A stretch of DNA of 32,000 bases, taken from positions 2,010,001 through 2,042,000 of the forward strand of contig NZ_LT549890.1 in the NCBI RefSeq assembly GCF_900079115.1. Reading direction: 5' to 3'. Position 1 is the stretch's first letter. Every line of letters begins with the position of its first letter. Under the pieces are notes generated by a model that saw only the letters and a list, made by a program, of their open reading frames with translations, ran no database searches and was not told the DNA's origin. The stretch comes from Saccharolobus solfataricus. Lineage in GTDB: Archaea; Thermoproteota; Thermoprotei_A; Sulfolobales; Sulfolobaceae. This document shows, piece after piece, positions 10,177-17,290 of the stretch. The position numbers and the translations under genes are program-made.

Positions 10177-10348
10177 AAAATATTTTAGTAAGGCAATCTT
10201 ATAAACAAAAGTTTTAAAAGAAGCATTACATGCTTCGTATCTAACAGATCTGAGTTTGTAACCGTAGGATGGAGAATAGCTTTATAACAGACGGGGGTTC
10301 AAAGGGGGCGGAAAACTTCTCTTTGAGATGAATCCCTTTGTAGAAAAG

Positions 10349-10358
10349 TTAAAAATAG
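10349..10358 (+). promoter_or_regulatory. TATA-like box TTAAAAATAG for tnpB (leaderless geometry)
   Basis: The A/T box is centred about 27 nt upstream of the ATG at 10381. Confidence 0.4.
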
Positions 10359-10380
10359 GAAAATAACGAAATACACATCA

Positions 10381-11589
10381 ATGCCCACCTTAGGGTTTCG
10401 CTTCCGTGCTTACGCTGACGAACAAACCCTTAGGGCGTTAAAAGCCCAGTTGAAGTTAGCGTGCAAAATCTACAACACCTTAAGGTGGGCAGACATCTAT
10501 TTCTATCAGAGGGATGGGAAAGGACTAACACAAACTGAGTTAAGACAGTTGGCTCTAGATCTGAGAAAACAAGATGATGAGTATAAGCAACTCTACTCGC
10601 AAGTAGTTCAACAAATAGCTGACCGTTATTACGAAGCTAAGAAGAGGTTTTTCGAAGGTTTAGCACGTTTCCCAAAAGAAAAGAAACCTCACAAGCACTA
10701 CTCCCTTGTCTATACGCAAAGCGGTTGGAAAATACTTCACGTTAGAGAAATAAGAAAAGGCAAGAAGAAACTAATAACGCTTAAACTATCAAATCTTGGT
10801 ACATTCAAGGTAATTATACACAGGGACTTTCCCCTTGACAAAGTAAAGAGGGTGATAGTGAAGCTAACAAGATCTGAGAGGATATACATCACTTTCGTAG
10901 TTGATCACGAATTCCCCAAGTTACCTAACACTGGTAAGGAAGTGGCGATAGATGTTGGTGTAGAAAAGTTGTTAGTAACGTCAGATGGTGAATATTTCCC
11001 CAATCTGAGACCTCTTGAAAAGGCGTTATGGAAAGTGAAGCATCTACACAGAGAACTTTCAAGGAAGAAGTTCCTCTCTCATAATTGGTTTAAGGCTAAG
11101 GTTAAGCTTGCTAGGGCTTATGAGCATTTGAAGAATCTAAGAACGGATCTTTACATGAAGTTGGGTAAGTGGTTTGCTGAGCATTATGACGTTGTGGTGA
11201 TGGAGGGTATTCACGCTAAACAACTTGTGGGTAAGTCCTTGAGGTCTCTGAGGAGGAGGCTGAGTGACGTGGGATTTGGTGAGTTGAGGGATGTGCTGAA
11301 GTATCAGCTGGAAAAATACGGAAAGAAACTCATCCTAGTTAATCCTGCATACACTTCCAAAACTTGTGCTAGGTGCGGGTATGTGAAAAATGACTTGTCT
11401 CTATCTGATCGTGTTTTCGTTTGTCCCAACTGTGGTTGGATTGCAGATCGTGACTATAATGCTTCTCTTAACATTTTGAAGAGTGCGGGGTCGGAGCGAT
11501 CCTTAGTGCCTGTGGAGCTCCGCCCTCTACCAGTACTCTGGCATGGCAGAGCTGTGAAGCAGGAAGCTCCCTCATTTATGAGGGGGTAG
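10381..11589 (+). CDS. tnpB: TnpB (IS605 OrfB) RuvC-type RNA-guided endonuclease family protein, apparently intact
   Basis: 402-aa uninterrupted ORF. RuvC-like motifs are AIDVGV (D191), VVMEGI (E275) and [13 protein letters not shown] (D356/D358). The zinc ribbon is CARCG-x15-CPNCG (C329, C332, C348, C351). The family motif NPAYTSKTC precedes the zinc ribbon. Confidence 0.95.
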   Translation: MPTLGFRFRAYADEQTLRALKAQLKLACKIYNTLRWADIYFYQRDGKGLTQTELRQLALDLRKQDDEYKQLYSQVVQQIADRYYEAKKRFFEGLARFPKEKKPHKHYSLVYTQSGWKILHVREIRKGKKKLITLKLSNLGTFKVIIHRDFPLDKVKRVIVKLTRSERIYITFVVDHEFPKLPNTGKEVAIDVGVEKLLVTSDGEYFPNLRPLEKALWKVKHLHRELSRKKFLSHNWFKAKVKLARAYEHLKNLRTDLYMKLGKWFAEHYDVVVMEGIHAKQLVGKSLRSLRRRLSDVGFGELRDVLKYQLEKYGKKLILVNPAYTSKTCARCGYVKNDLSLSDRVFVCPNCGWIADRDYNASLNILKSAGSERSLVPVELRPLPVLWHGRAVKQEAPSFMRG

Positions 11590-11660
11590 CTCACTTCCGC
11601 ACTTAATCATCCTTATAGAGGGTTACTCCTCATATACCTATGAGAATAACTTTTGTTAGC
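11440..11660 (+). ncRNA. Predicted omega-RNA (reRNA) scaffold overlapping the tnpB 3' end and right end; extent and guide not determined
   Basis: G+C-enriched tail with stems: CCCTCAT/ATGAGGG (11569-11584), GAGCT/AGCTC (11549-11553 with 11565-11569), CTCATA/TATGAG (11629-11644), and a possible closing helix AGTGCGG (11482-11488) with CCGCACT (11597-11603). The placement follows the known TnpB/omega-RNA architecture. There is no expression evidence. Confidence 0.3.
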
Positions 11661-11857
11661 TAATATGTATCATCATCATCTTCGGCTCTACGAATAGGAT
11701 TTATCGGAAAATCGTTACACTTTTACGTTACGTTAAAAATATATAATAAATCTTTCCTGATTAGATGAGAAATGTTTATTGATGAGCTATAATATTAAGA
11801 AGTACAATGAAAGATATTTATAAATACATGGATAAATATTTTGACTTTTTATGATAA

Positions 11858-12019
11858 GGGAATTTCCTAAAACTACTATACGAAATCTACAATATCCTAT
11901 ATTATTCGTCCATCTCTTGTCCTAAGTGTGGTAGTAATATGGTTGAGGTTTTATATCGTTGGTTTAAATGCTCTTGCGGTTATGAGAATGACCGCGACGT
12001 TATTGCTATAGTTAATTAG
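11858..12019 (+). pseudogene. C-terminal relic of a second, different TnpB (zinc ribbon plus DRD motif only)
   Basis: The frame has no start codon and translates as ...[39 protein letters not shown]. This matches the TnpB terminal pattern YTS..C..CG-x-F.C..CG...DRD.NA..N. The upstream roughly 350 aa of the gene are absent. Confidence 0.65.
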
Positions 12020-12125
<106 letters not shown>

Positions 12126-12217
12126 TATTCTCGTGGCACGAAACTCTCATAAGCTTAAGGGAAGTCGTTATATAACATTGGACGTTTCTTTTCAATAATC
12201 AAACTTAAGTGATAAAA

Positions 12218-12408
12218 GTTTTCAAGTAAAGATTTAAGTGGCTATGATTTAATTTAAATGTATGATAGATGAGGAAGCATTGAAGGAATGGATAGAGAGG
12301 TTTAAAGAGGCCAGGGAGATTAGAAGAAAGTATGCTGACTGGGACTTCATAAAATCACAACCAGTAAAACTAAGAATTGCATTAGAATACTACATAGAAA
12401 CCGGAGAT
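12218..12408 (+). repeat. Direct repeat copy 1 (191 bp, identical to 12962-13152)
   Basis: Base-by-base comparison shows 191/191 identity at an offset of 744 bp. The copy holds 40 nt matching the 3' end of the PIN-like gene, 4 nt of spacer, and the first 147 nt of the antitoxin gene. Confidence 0.95.
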
Positions 12409-12492
12409 CTATACAACGCCTCTAGATTAGCTGGGATGATGATGGAAGACTTTAACGAGCTAAGAATAAAGGCGAGGATACCTAGCGTATGA
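12262..12492 (+). CDS. UPF0175-family (COG2886) antitoxin-like small protein
   Basis: 76-aa ORF. The C-terminal LRIALEYYIETGDLYNASRLAGMMMEDFNELRIKARIP fits the UPF0175 pattern (ALxLYxxGxxSxGxAAxLAGMxxxEFxxLLxxxGIP). Its stop overlaps the start of the downstream PIN-like gene (ATGA overlap at 12489-12492). Confidence 0.8.
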   Translation: MIDEEALKEWIERFKEAREIRRKYADWDFIKSQPVKLRIALEYYIETGDLYNASRLAGMMMEDFNELRIKARIPSV

Positions 12493-13001
12493 TTGCAGTT
12501 GCTGATACTTCTTTTTTAATAGATTGGGTTAGATATTCGAAACGTGATCTAATCTTCCAACTTTTTAATCTCATCTATCTTCCTGATTCCGTATTTAATG
12601 AAGTGAGAAGCGAAAGAACTCTTTTATGGATAGCTCAAGGCTTAGAAAATAATAAGCTTGCAATATTTCCTGAGTTACCACAAATTAGGGAGGAGGCACT
12701 AAGGCTAGTTTATGAGACCAGAAGGCTTCCCGTAAGGCCAGTTGATTATCCAGAGGCTTATTGCGTAGTTGTAGGTAAGGTCGAAGGTTATACAGTGCTT
12801 ACGGAAAACGGCGGTGCTGTTGCTCTCATAAATTACTATAAGGAATATAGGGACGTTAAGATAATGAGGGCATTAGAGGTGCTAATTCAACTTCATAATA
12901 GGGGTCTAATTACAGATATAAGAAATGAAATTGAGGAGTATAATAAGCAGACTGGGCATAGGTTTTCAAGTAAAGATTTAAGTGGCTATGATTTAATTTA
13001 A
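12489..13001 (+). CDS. PIN-like nuclease-fold protein (DUF3368/COG2405 type), putative toxin
   Basis: 170-aa ORF. The N-terminal MIAVADTSFLIDW...LIFQLFNLIYLPDSVFNEV matches the DUF3368 N-terminus (vvsDTSpLi...iP.aV..El). A later YTVLTENGGA segment is present. It is translationally coupled to the UPF0175 gene, the canonical partner. Confidence 0.8.
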   Translation: MIAVADTSFLIDWVRYSKRDLIFQLFNLIYLPDSVFNEVRSERTLLWIAQGLENNKLAIFPELPQIREEALRLVYETRRLPVRPVDYPEAYCVVVGKVEGYTVLTENGGAVALINYYKEYRDVKIMRALEVLIQLHNRGLITDIRNEIEEYNKQTGHRFSSKDLSGYDLI

Positions 13002-13152
13002 ATGTATGATAGATGAGGAAGCATTGAAGGAATGGATAGAGAGGTTTAAAGAGGCCAGGGAGATTAGAAGAAAGTATGCTGACTGGGACTTCATAAAATC
13101 ACAACCAGTAAAACTAAGAATTGCATTAGAATACTACATAGAAACCGGAGAT
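12962..13152 (+). repeat. Direct repeat copy 2 (191 bp, identical to 12218-12408)
   Basis: See copy 1. Here the first 40 nt are the genuine 3' end of the PIN-like gene. Confidence 0.95.
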
Positions 13153-13242
13153 TATAGAGGGGCTTCACAAATGGCAGGAATGGCCGTAGATGAGTTTGTG
13201 GACTTTGCTAAAGATAAGGCAAAAATACCAACAATTTATTGA
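13006..13242 (+). CDS. Second UPF0175-family antitoxin-like protein (chimeric paralogue, no intact toxin downstream)
   Basis: 78-aa ORF. The first 49 codons are nucleotide-identical to 12262-12408. The last 29 aa (YRGASQMAGMAVDEFVDFAKDKAKIPTIY) are homologous to the first copy but strongly diverged. Confidence 0.75.
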   Translation: MIDEEALKEWIERFKEAREIRRKYADWDFIKSQPVKLRIALEYYIETGDYRGASQMAGMAVDEFVDFAKDKAKIPTIY

Positions 13243-13251
13243 ACTTACAAA

Positions 13252-13521
13252 ATGCTGAAAAAGCCTTTTACAGTATATTTAGAATCGTCCTTCAGAAATA
13301 AATCTATAGTGTTAACAAACATATTGTATTTTAATTGTATACAGTAGATCCAAGATCGTATTATTAAAAATAATGGCCTTCTGTTAGTAACTGATTATCG
13401 TACATTATATGATTATTTTACTCAATTATATCAAAATTTATGGAAAATCTTAGCAGAGAGATTCAGTTATCCATTGCGAATTCACTTTATTTCGAATATT
13501 GTTACGAAATTAACTAAATGA
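13252..13521 (+). pseudogene. Possible decayed toxin gene: 89-codon frame interrupted by one in-frame TAG (13345-13347)
   Basis: The ATG lies 10 nt after the stop of the orphan antitoxin. Translation is MLKKPFTVYLESSFRNKSIVLTNILYFNCIQ*IQDRIIKNNGLLLVTDYRTLYDY.... VYLESSF resembles the PIN N-terminal vyLDTSv motif and LLLVTDY resembles the C-terminal LvTxD motif, but the frame is too short for a full PIN domain. Confidence 0.3.
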
Positions 13522-13605
13522 AGACGGCTAATTAGCAGAGATACACGATTATCAATATTAACATTTTTACAACGTATTATTTACAAATTACAATTCGCAA
13601 TGGAT
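13469..13605. repeat. 14-bp perfect inverted repeat pair ATCCATTGCGAATT (13469-13482) / AATTCGCAATGGAT (13592-13605) bounding 109 bp; MITE-like or long-stem RNA
   Basis: Exact reverse complements were read directly from the sequence. The unit is 137 bp in total. The interior holds a second hairpin, ATTTCG-N10-CGAAAT (13488-13509). TTAGCAGAGA occurs at 13450-13459 and 13531-13540. No flanking target-site duplication was seen. Confidence 0.6.
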
Positions 13606-13785
13606 CCATGAATCGCCCTAATAAGTTAATATTTAAGCATTATTCGTCAACTTTCCCAGTCTTTTTCAAATCTTTCCATAAAGGGATGACGAGATGTAAG
13701 AAATTTTGTAATTATTTTTAAGAATTTTCAATCATTTATCAAAAGTAAGCTTATAAAGTTAGAGATATATTCCAATTAGAGAAGT

Positions 13786-15378
13786 ATGTATATACAACCC
13801 TTAAACCCAACTGGTAATGTAGGGTTAACTATTTTAGCATCCTTAACACCAATAATTGCACTATTAATATTGTTGGCTGGGCTAAGAATAACTGCATGGC
13901 TAGCTACGCTCATAGGTTCGATAATAACGATTTTAGTTGCAACATTTGTATGGGGAACTCCAATAATACAAGTTAGTTATGCATGGCTTATAGGAGCATT
14001 AGTAGGAACTTGGGCAATATCTTGGATAGTATTCTGGGGGTTAACAATTTATAATACGTTAGTGTTAACTGGGAAATTTGACGCATTTAGAGACTGGATA
14101 GTGAGAAATTCTACTAATGACGCTAGAGTTCAAGCTATAGTATTAGCGTGGTCTTTAGGAGCCTTATTTGAAGGACTGGTGGGATTTGGATATCCGTGGG
14201 CGTTTATCGCCCCACTCCTAATATATTTAGGTTTTGATGATCTAAAAGCTCTTCAAGTGTCCGCATTAGCTAATAACGCCCCAGTATCTTTTGGTGCATT
14301 AGGAACTCCAATAATTATTCTAGCGTCAGTTACTGGATTACCCTTATTATTCATATCATCTTCAGTTGCGAAAGTAGTGGCAATTTTGGCTCTATTACCA
14401 CCTTGGATATTATTATATCTAGTTGATAAATGGAGGGGGATAAGAGAAGCATGGCCAATAGCTATACTTGGTTCACTATCCTATATTTTAGGTCAATATC
14501 CAGTAGCGAGTTTTATTGGTCCTTATTTACCGGACATTACAGGATCTTTAATATCTTTCGTCATATTACTTTTATTCTTAAGAGTGTGGAGACCTAAGAG
14601 AGTGCTGAGTCTAAGAAGCGTTCAGCCTAATGGTGGGGAGAGCAAGAAATACTCAACAAAAGACGTTATTGAGGCCTTATCAGCCTTCATAGTGTTAATT
14701 ATAGTAGTAACTCTATGGACTGGTCCTTGGTCACCACTAACTAAGTTTTCATTAGTAACCTTATCTCAAACAGCATACTCCTCTCTTCTCCATAAAAATG
14801 TAGGAGTAAGTTTTGCATTCAATCCTTTCGTAGCGGGTACGTCAATTTTAGTATCATGGATAATTATTTCTCTAGTTTTAAGGGCTTCGCCAAGAATTAT
14901 GGGAGAAGCTATAAAGAGGTCTTTTCATCAATACTGGGGAGGGATATTAACTGGTATTTTTGTGGTTGGGCTTGCATATGTATTTAATTTCAGCGGAATG
15001 GCTTACTCATTAGCTTGGAAAACTAGTGACCTAGGTATAGCATTTATAATAGTTTCACCCTTATTTGGTTGGATTGGATGCGCATTATCAGGGAGTAATA
15101 CGTCGACCAACGCCCTTTTTGGGGCGTTTCAAGTTACAACTGCACGTTTAACTGGTTTGCCCGTAGGATTACCACCAGCGTTAAATTCTGTGGGTGCTGA
15201 GTTAGCTAAACCAGTTGCTCCACAGACTGCTAGTGCAGGAGTATCCACAACAAAATACGTTCGAAAAGAGGGTATAGTGATTAGGAAAAATCTACCTTGG
15301 GCTATAGGCATTTTGATATATCTAATACTTATAGGAGTACTATACGCATTCTTAGCTCCATCTCTATTTGTACATTAG
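13786..15378 (+). CDS. lctP: L-lactate permease (LctP family) transporter
   Basis: 530-aa polytopic ORF. The N-terminal LASLTPIIALLILLAGLRITAWLATLIGSIITILVATFVWG and the later ANNAPVSFGALGTPI and SNTSTNALFG segments fit the LctP/COG1620 family. A TATA-like GCTTATAAAG lies at 13749-13758. Confidence 0.8.
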   Translation: MYIQPLNPTGNVGLTILASLTPIIALLILLAGLRITAWLATLIGSIITILVATFVWGTPIIQVSYAWLIGALVGTWAISWIVFWGLTIYNTLVLTGKFDAFRDWIVRNSTNDARVQAIVLAWSLGALFEGLVGFGYPWAFIAPLLIYLGFDDLKALQVSALANNAPVSFGALGTPIIILASVTGLPLLFISSSVAKVVAILALLPPWILLYLVDKWRGIREAWPIAILGSLSYILGQYPVASFIGPYLPDITGSLISFVILLLFLRVWRPKRVLSLRSVQPNGGESKKYSTKDVIEALSAFIVLIIVVTLWTGPWSPLTKFSLVTLSQTAYSSLLHKNVGVSFAFNPFVAGTSILVSWIIISLVLRASPRIMGEAIKRSFHQYWGGILTGIFVVGLAYVFNFSGMAYSLAWKTSDLGIAFIIVSPLFGWIGCALSGSNTSTNALFGAFQVTTARLTGLPVGLPPALNSVGAELAKPVAPQTASAGVSTTKYVRKEGIVIRKNLPWAIGILIYLILIGVLYAFLAPSLFVH

Positions 15379-15393
15379 TGTTAGATATATGAA

Positions 15394-15420
15394 TTAACTT
15401 CCTTTTTTCTATTAAGTTAA
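15394..15420 (+). terminator. Hairpin plus T-tract downstream of the lactate permease gene
   Basis: TTAACTT (15394-15400) pairs with AAGTTAA (15414-15420), and the loop contains TTTTTT (15403-15408). It starts 16 nt after the stop codon. Confidence 0.5.
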
Positions 15421-15789
15421 CTCCTAATGTTTTTACATCTCTAGGATTGTTTAACTTAAATTATTCTTCTCAAAGTTTCAAGTAAGAACTAAAGGTAAAA
15501 TTATCATTAGCTTTTAGGATCTGCTTAAATATTATTCACAGATTTTCGGTTATGTATTGAAAATTTAGCTATTAAATATACTGATCCACTGAGCTATAAA
15601 CATTAATAATAATAATTTTTTAACTTTAATTTCTAAACATAGTACTACTATCTAAGCTAAAGAATTATATTTTTAACATACCTACTTGCATTTTATGCAA
15701 GGAATTTTGATGAGCAATAGTTATATTTCTAATAAATATAGGCTAATTTTAGAAACAAAAGTTAAAACCATTTTTTACGTATAGAATGA

Positions 15790-17082
15790 ATGATGAGTAG
15801 TAAGTGGTTTGAAAAAGGATGGTTTAGGTGGATGCTAGTAGTAGGTGCAACTATTTCTATGGCACTTGTTAGTGTGTATGAATATTCATGGACATTATAT
15901 ACTGTACCTCTAGGTAGAGTATTTCACGTAGCTCCAGGATCACCAGCCCTAGGACTTACATATACAATATATATTATCGTCCAAGCATTATCGATGTTCG
16001 TTGCAGGTAGGATTGCGGATAGGTATGGTCCTAGACTAATTTCCATGTTAGGTGGGATAATTACTGGCATTGGATATATTAGCTCTGCCTTTGCTAAATC
16101 CTTGCCTATACTATATCTTACCTATGGTTTCGGAAGTATAGGAGTGGGCATAATATACGGTACTGCCATAAGTACTGCTGTCAAATGGTTCCCTGATAAA
16201 AGAGGTCTAGCCACTGGAATTATAGAAATAGGTTTCGGTGGAGGATCATTCGCATTATCCCCTTTGATACAATATATTATCACCTCAATTAGTTACACAG
16301 CTGCATTCACTTACATGGGAATTGTGCAACTAATAGTTATAACTCTGCTGGCGTTCTTCTTTGCTTATCCTCCTCCCCAATGGTTACCTAAGGGCTTTAA
16401 TGCTGAGGAGTACGAGAAAAAACGTAAGATGATAAAGAGAAGCAAAAATGATTATACTGTATCGCAAATGGTAAAGACATGGCAATGGTGGGTAATTTAT
16501 ATAGCGTTTTTCCTTATTGCTGGATCCGGCTTATCCATTATTGGACATTTAATACCATACGGTAGATCACTAGGATTTAGTATAGCTGCTGTAATTGCGG
16601 TATTTTTATTTCCCTTTGCCAATGGGTTAGGAAGATTTGTTATGGGTACTGTATCTGACTATTTAGGAAGACCTTATACTATGACGCTGTCATTTGGAAT
16701 TAGTGGGATTTCCATGCTCTCAATAGCATTCATACCGAAGATTGCATCACTATACCTTGCTTTGATTTTCCTAACAGCATTCACGTGGGGACCATTATTC
16801 TCTTTGTTCCCACCACTGGTGGGTGACTATTATGGACCTAAACACTCTGGAGCTAATTATGGATTAACTTACACTGCAAAGGCGTTAGCAGGCATATTTG
16901 CCGGTTATGGTGCATCAATATTGTTTACCTCATATGGCATAAAGGAGACATTAATTATAACTGGTTCAATGGCTATAATGTCTGCTATCCTAGCCTTAAC
17001 TCTAAGACCACCGAAAATACCTACTGCGCAGATTGCCGGTGCTGAAAGCCAGAAAGGTAGTATAGAGTCCAAAACTAAGTAA
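15790..17082 (+). CDS. MFS transporter, oxalate/formate antiporter (OFA)-like family
   Basis: 430-aa ORF with 12 predicted TM segments, the MFS loop motif GRIADRYGPR after TM2, and a central cytoplasmic loop (EEYEKKRKMIKRSK). Confidence 0.85.
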   Translation: MMSSKWFEKGWFRWMLVVGATISMALVSVYEYSWTLYTVPLGRVFHVAPGSPALGLTYTIYIIVQALSMFVAGRIADRYGPRLISMLGGIITGIGYISSAFAKSLPILYLTYGFGSIGVGIIYGTAISTAVKWFPDKRGLATGIIEIGFGGGSFALSPLIQYIITSISYTAAFTYMGIVQLIVITLLAFFFAYPPPQWLPKGFNAEEYEKKRKMIKRSKNDYTVSQMVKTWQWWVIYIAFFLIAGSGLSIIGHLIPYGRSLGFSIAAVIAVFLFPFANGLGRFVMGTVSDYLGRPYTMTLSFGISGISMLSIAFIPKIASLYLALIFLTAFTWGPLFSLFPPLVGDYYGPKHSGANYGLTYTAKALAGIFAGYGASILFTSYGIKETLIITGSMAIMSAILALTLRPPKIPTAQIAGAESQKGSIESKTK

Positions 17083-17130
17083 TTTTTCTATAAAGGGTTT
17101 TTATCATAATTCCTATTATTTTTTATTTTT
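17083..17130 (+). terminator. Series of T-tracts after the MFS gene
   Basis: The sequence TTTTTCTATAAAGGGTTTTTATCATAATTCCTATTATTTTTTATTTTT lies immediately after the stop codon. Oligo-T tracts are the established archaeal termination signal. Confidence 0.45.
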
Positions 17131-17260
17131 CCAGAAAATTTCTTAATAATCAAGTTAAACTTTCTTCCCCATATCTTGCACATTTTGCCAAAGATTCCAG
17201 AAACGATCTAATAAATTGCAAAAACTTCTATACGTAAGTTAACATAGTTACAAATCAATC

Positions 17261-17269
17261 TATATATAA
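17261..17269 (+). promoter_or_regulatory. TATA box TATATATAA of the oxidoreductase operon (leaderless geometry)
   Basis: It is centred 26 nt upstream of the ATG at 17291. Confidence 0.5.
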
Positions 17270-17290
17270 TAGATTACGAAATATTCTCAT

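Larger units (their letters stand above)
10240..11650 (+). mobile_element. IS200/IS605-family, tnpB-only (IS1341/ISC1316-like) insertion element; boundaries approximate
   Basis: It contains a single TnpB ORF and no tnpA. G+C is higher than the flanks. The 3' region carries subterminal hairpins (11569-11584, 11618-11631, 11629-11644). The left boundary cannot be fixed from one copy. Confidence 0.55.

Noticed and set aside
13469-13721. Idea that precise excision of the 137-bp inverted-repeat unit restores a longer toxin reading frame (the frame would stay open 38 more codons, to 13721)
   Set aside because: There is no target-site duplication to justify the excision junction. The restored peptide has no PIN-like or other motif. 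An open stretch of 38 codons is only marginally unusual in this composition.
17129-17142. 14-mer TTCCAGAAAATTTC that recurs as a reverse complement at 23469-23482
   Set aside because: In 32 kb of AT-rich DNA read on both strands, several 14-nt matches are expected by chance. No flanking similarity extends the match.
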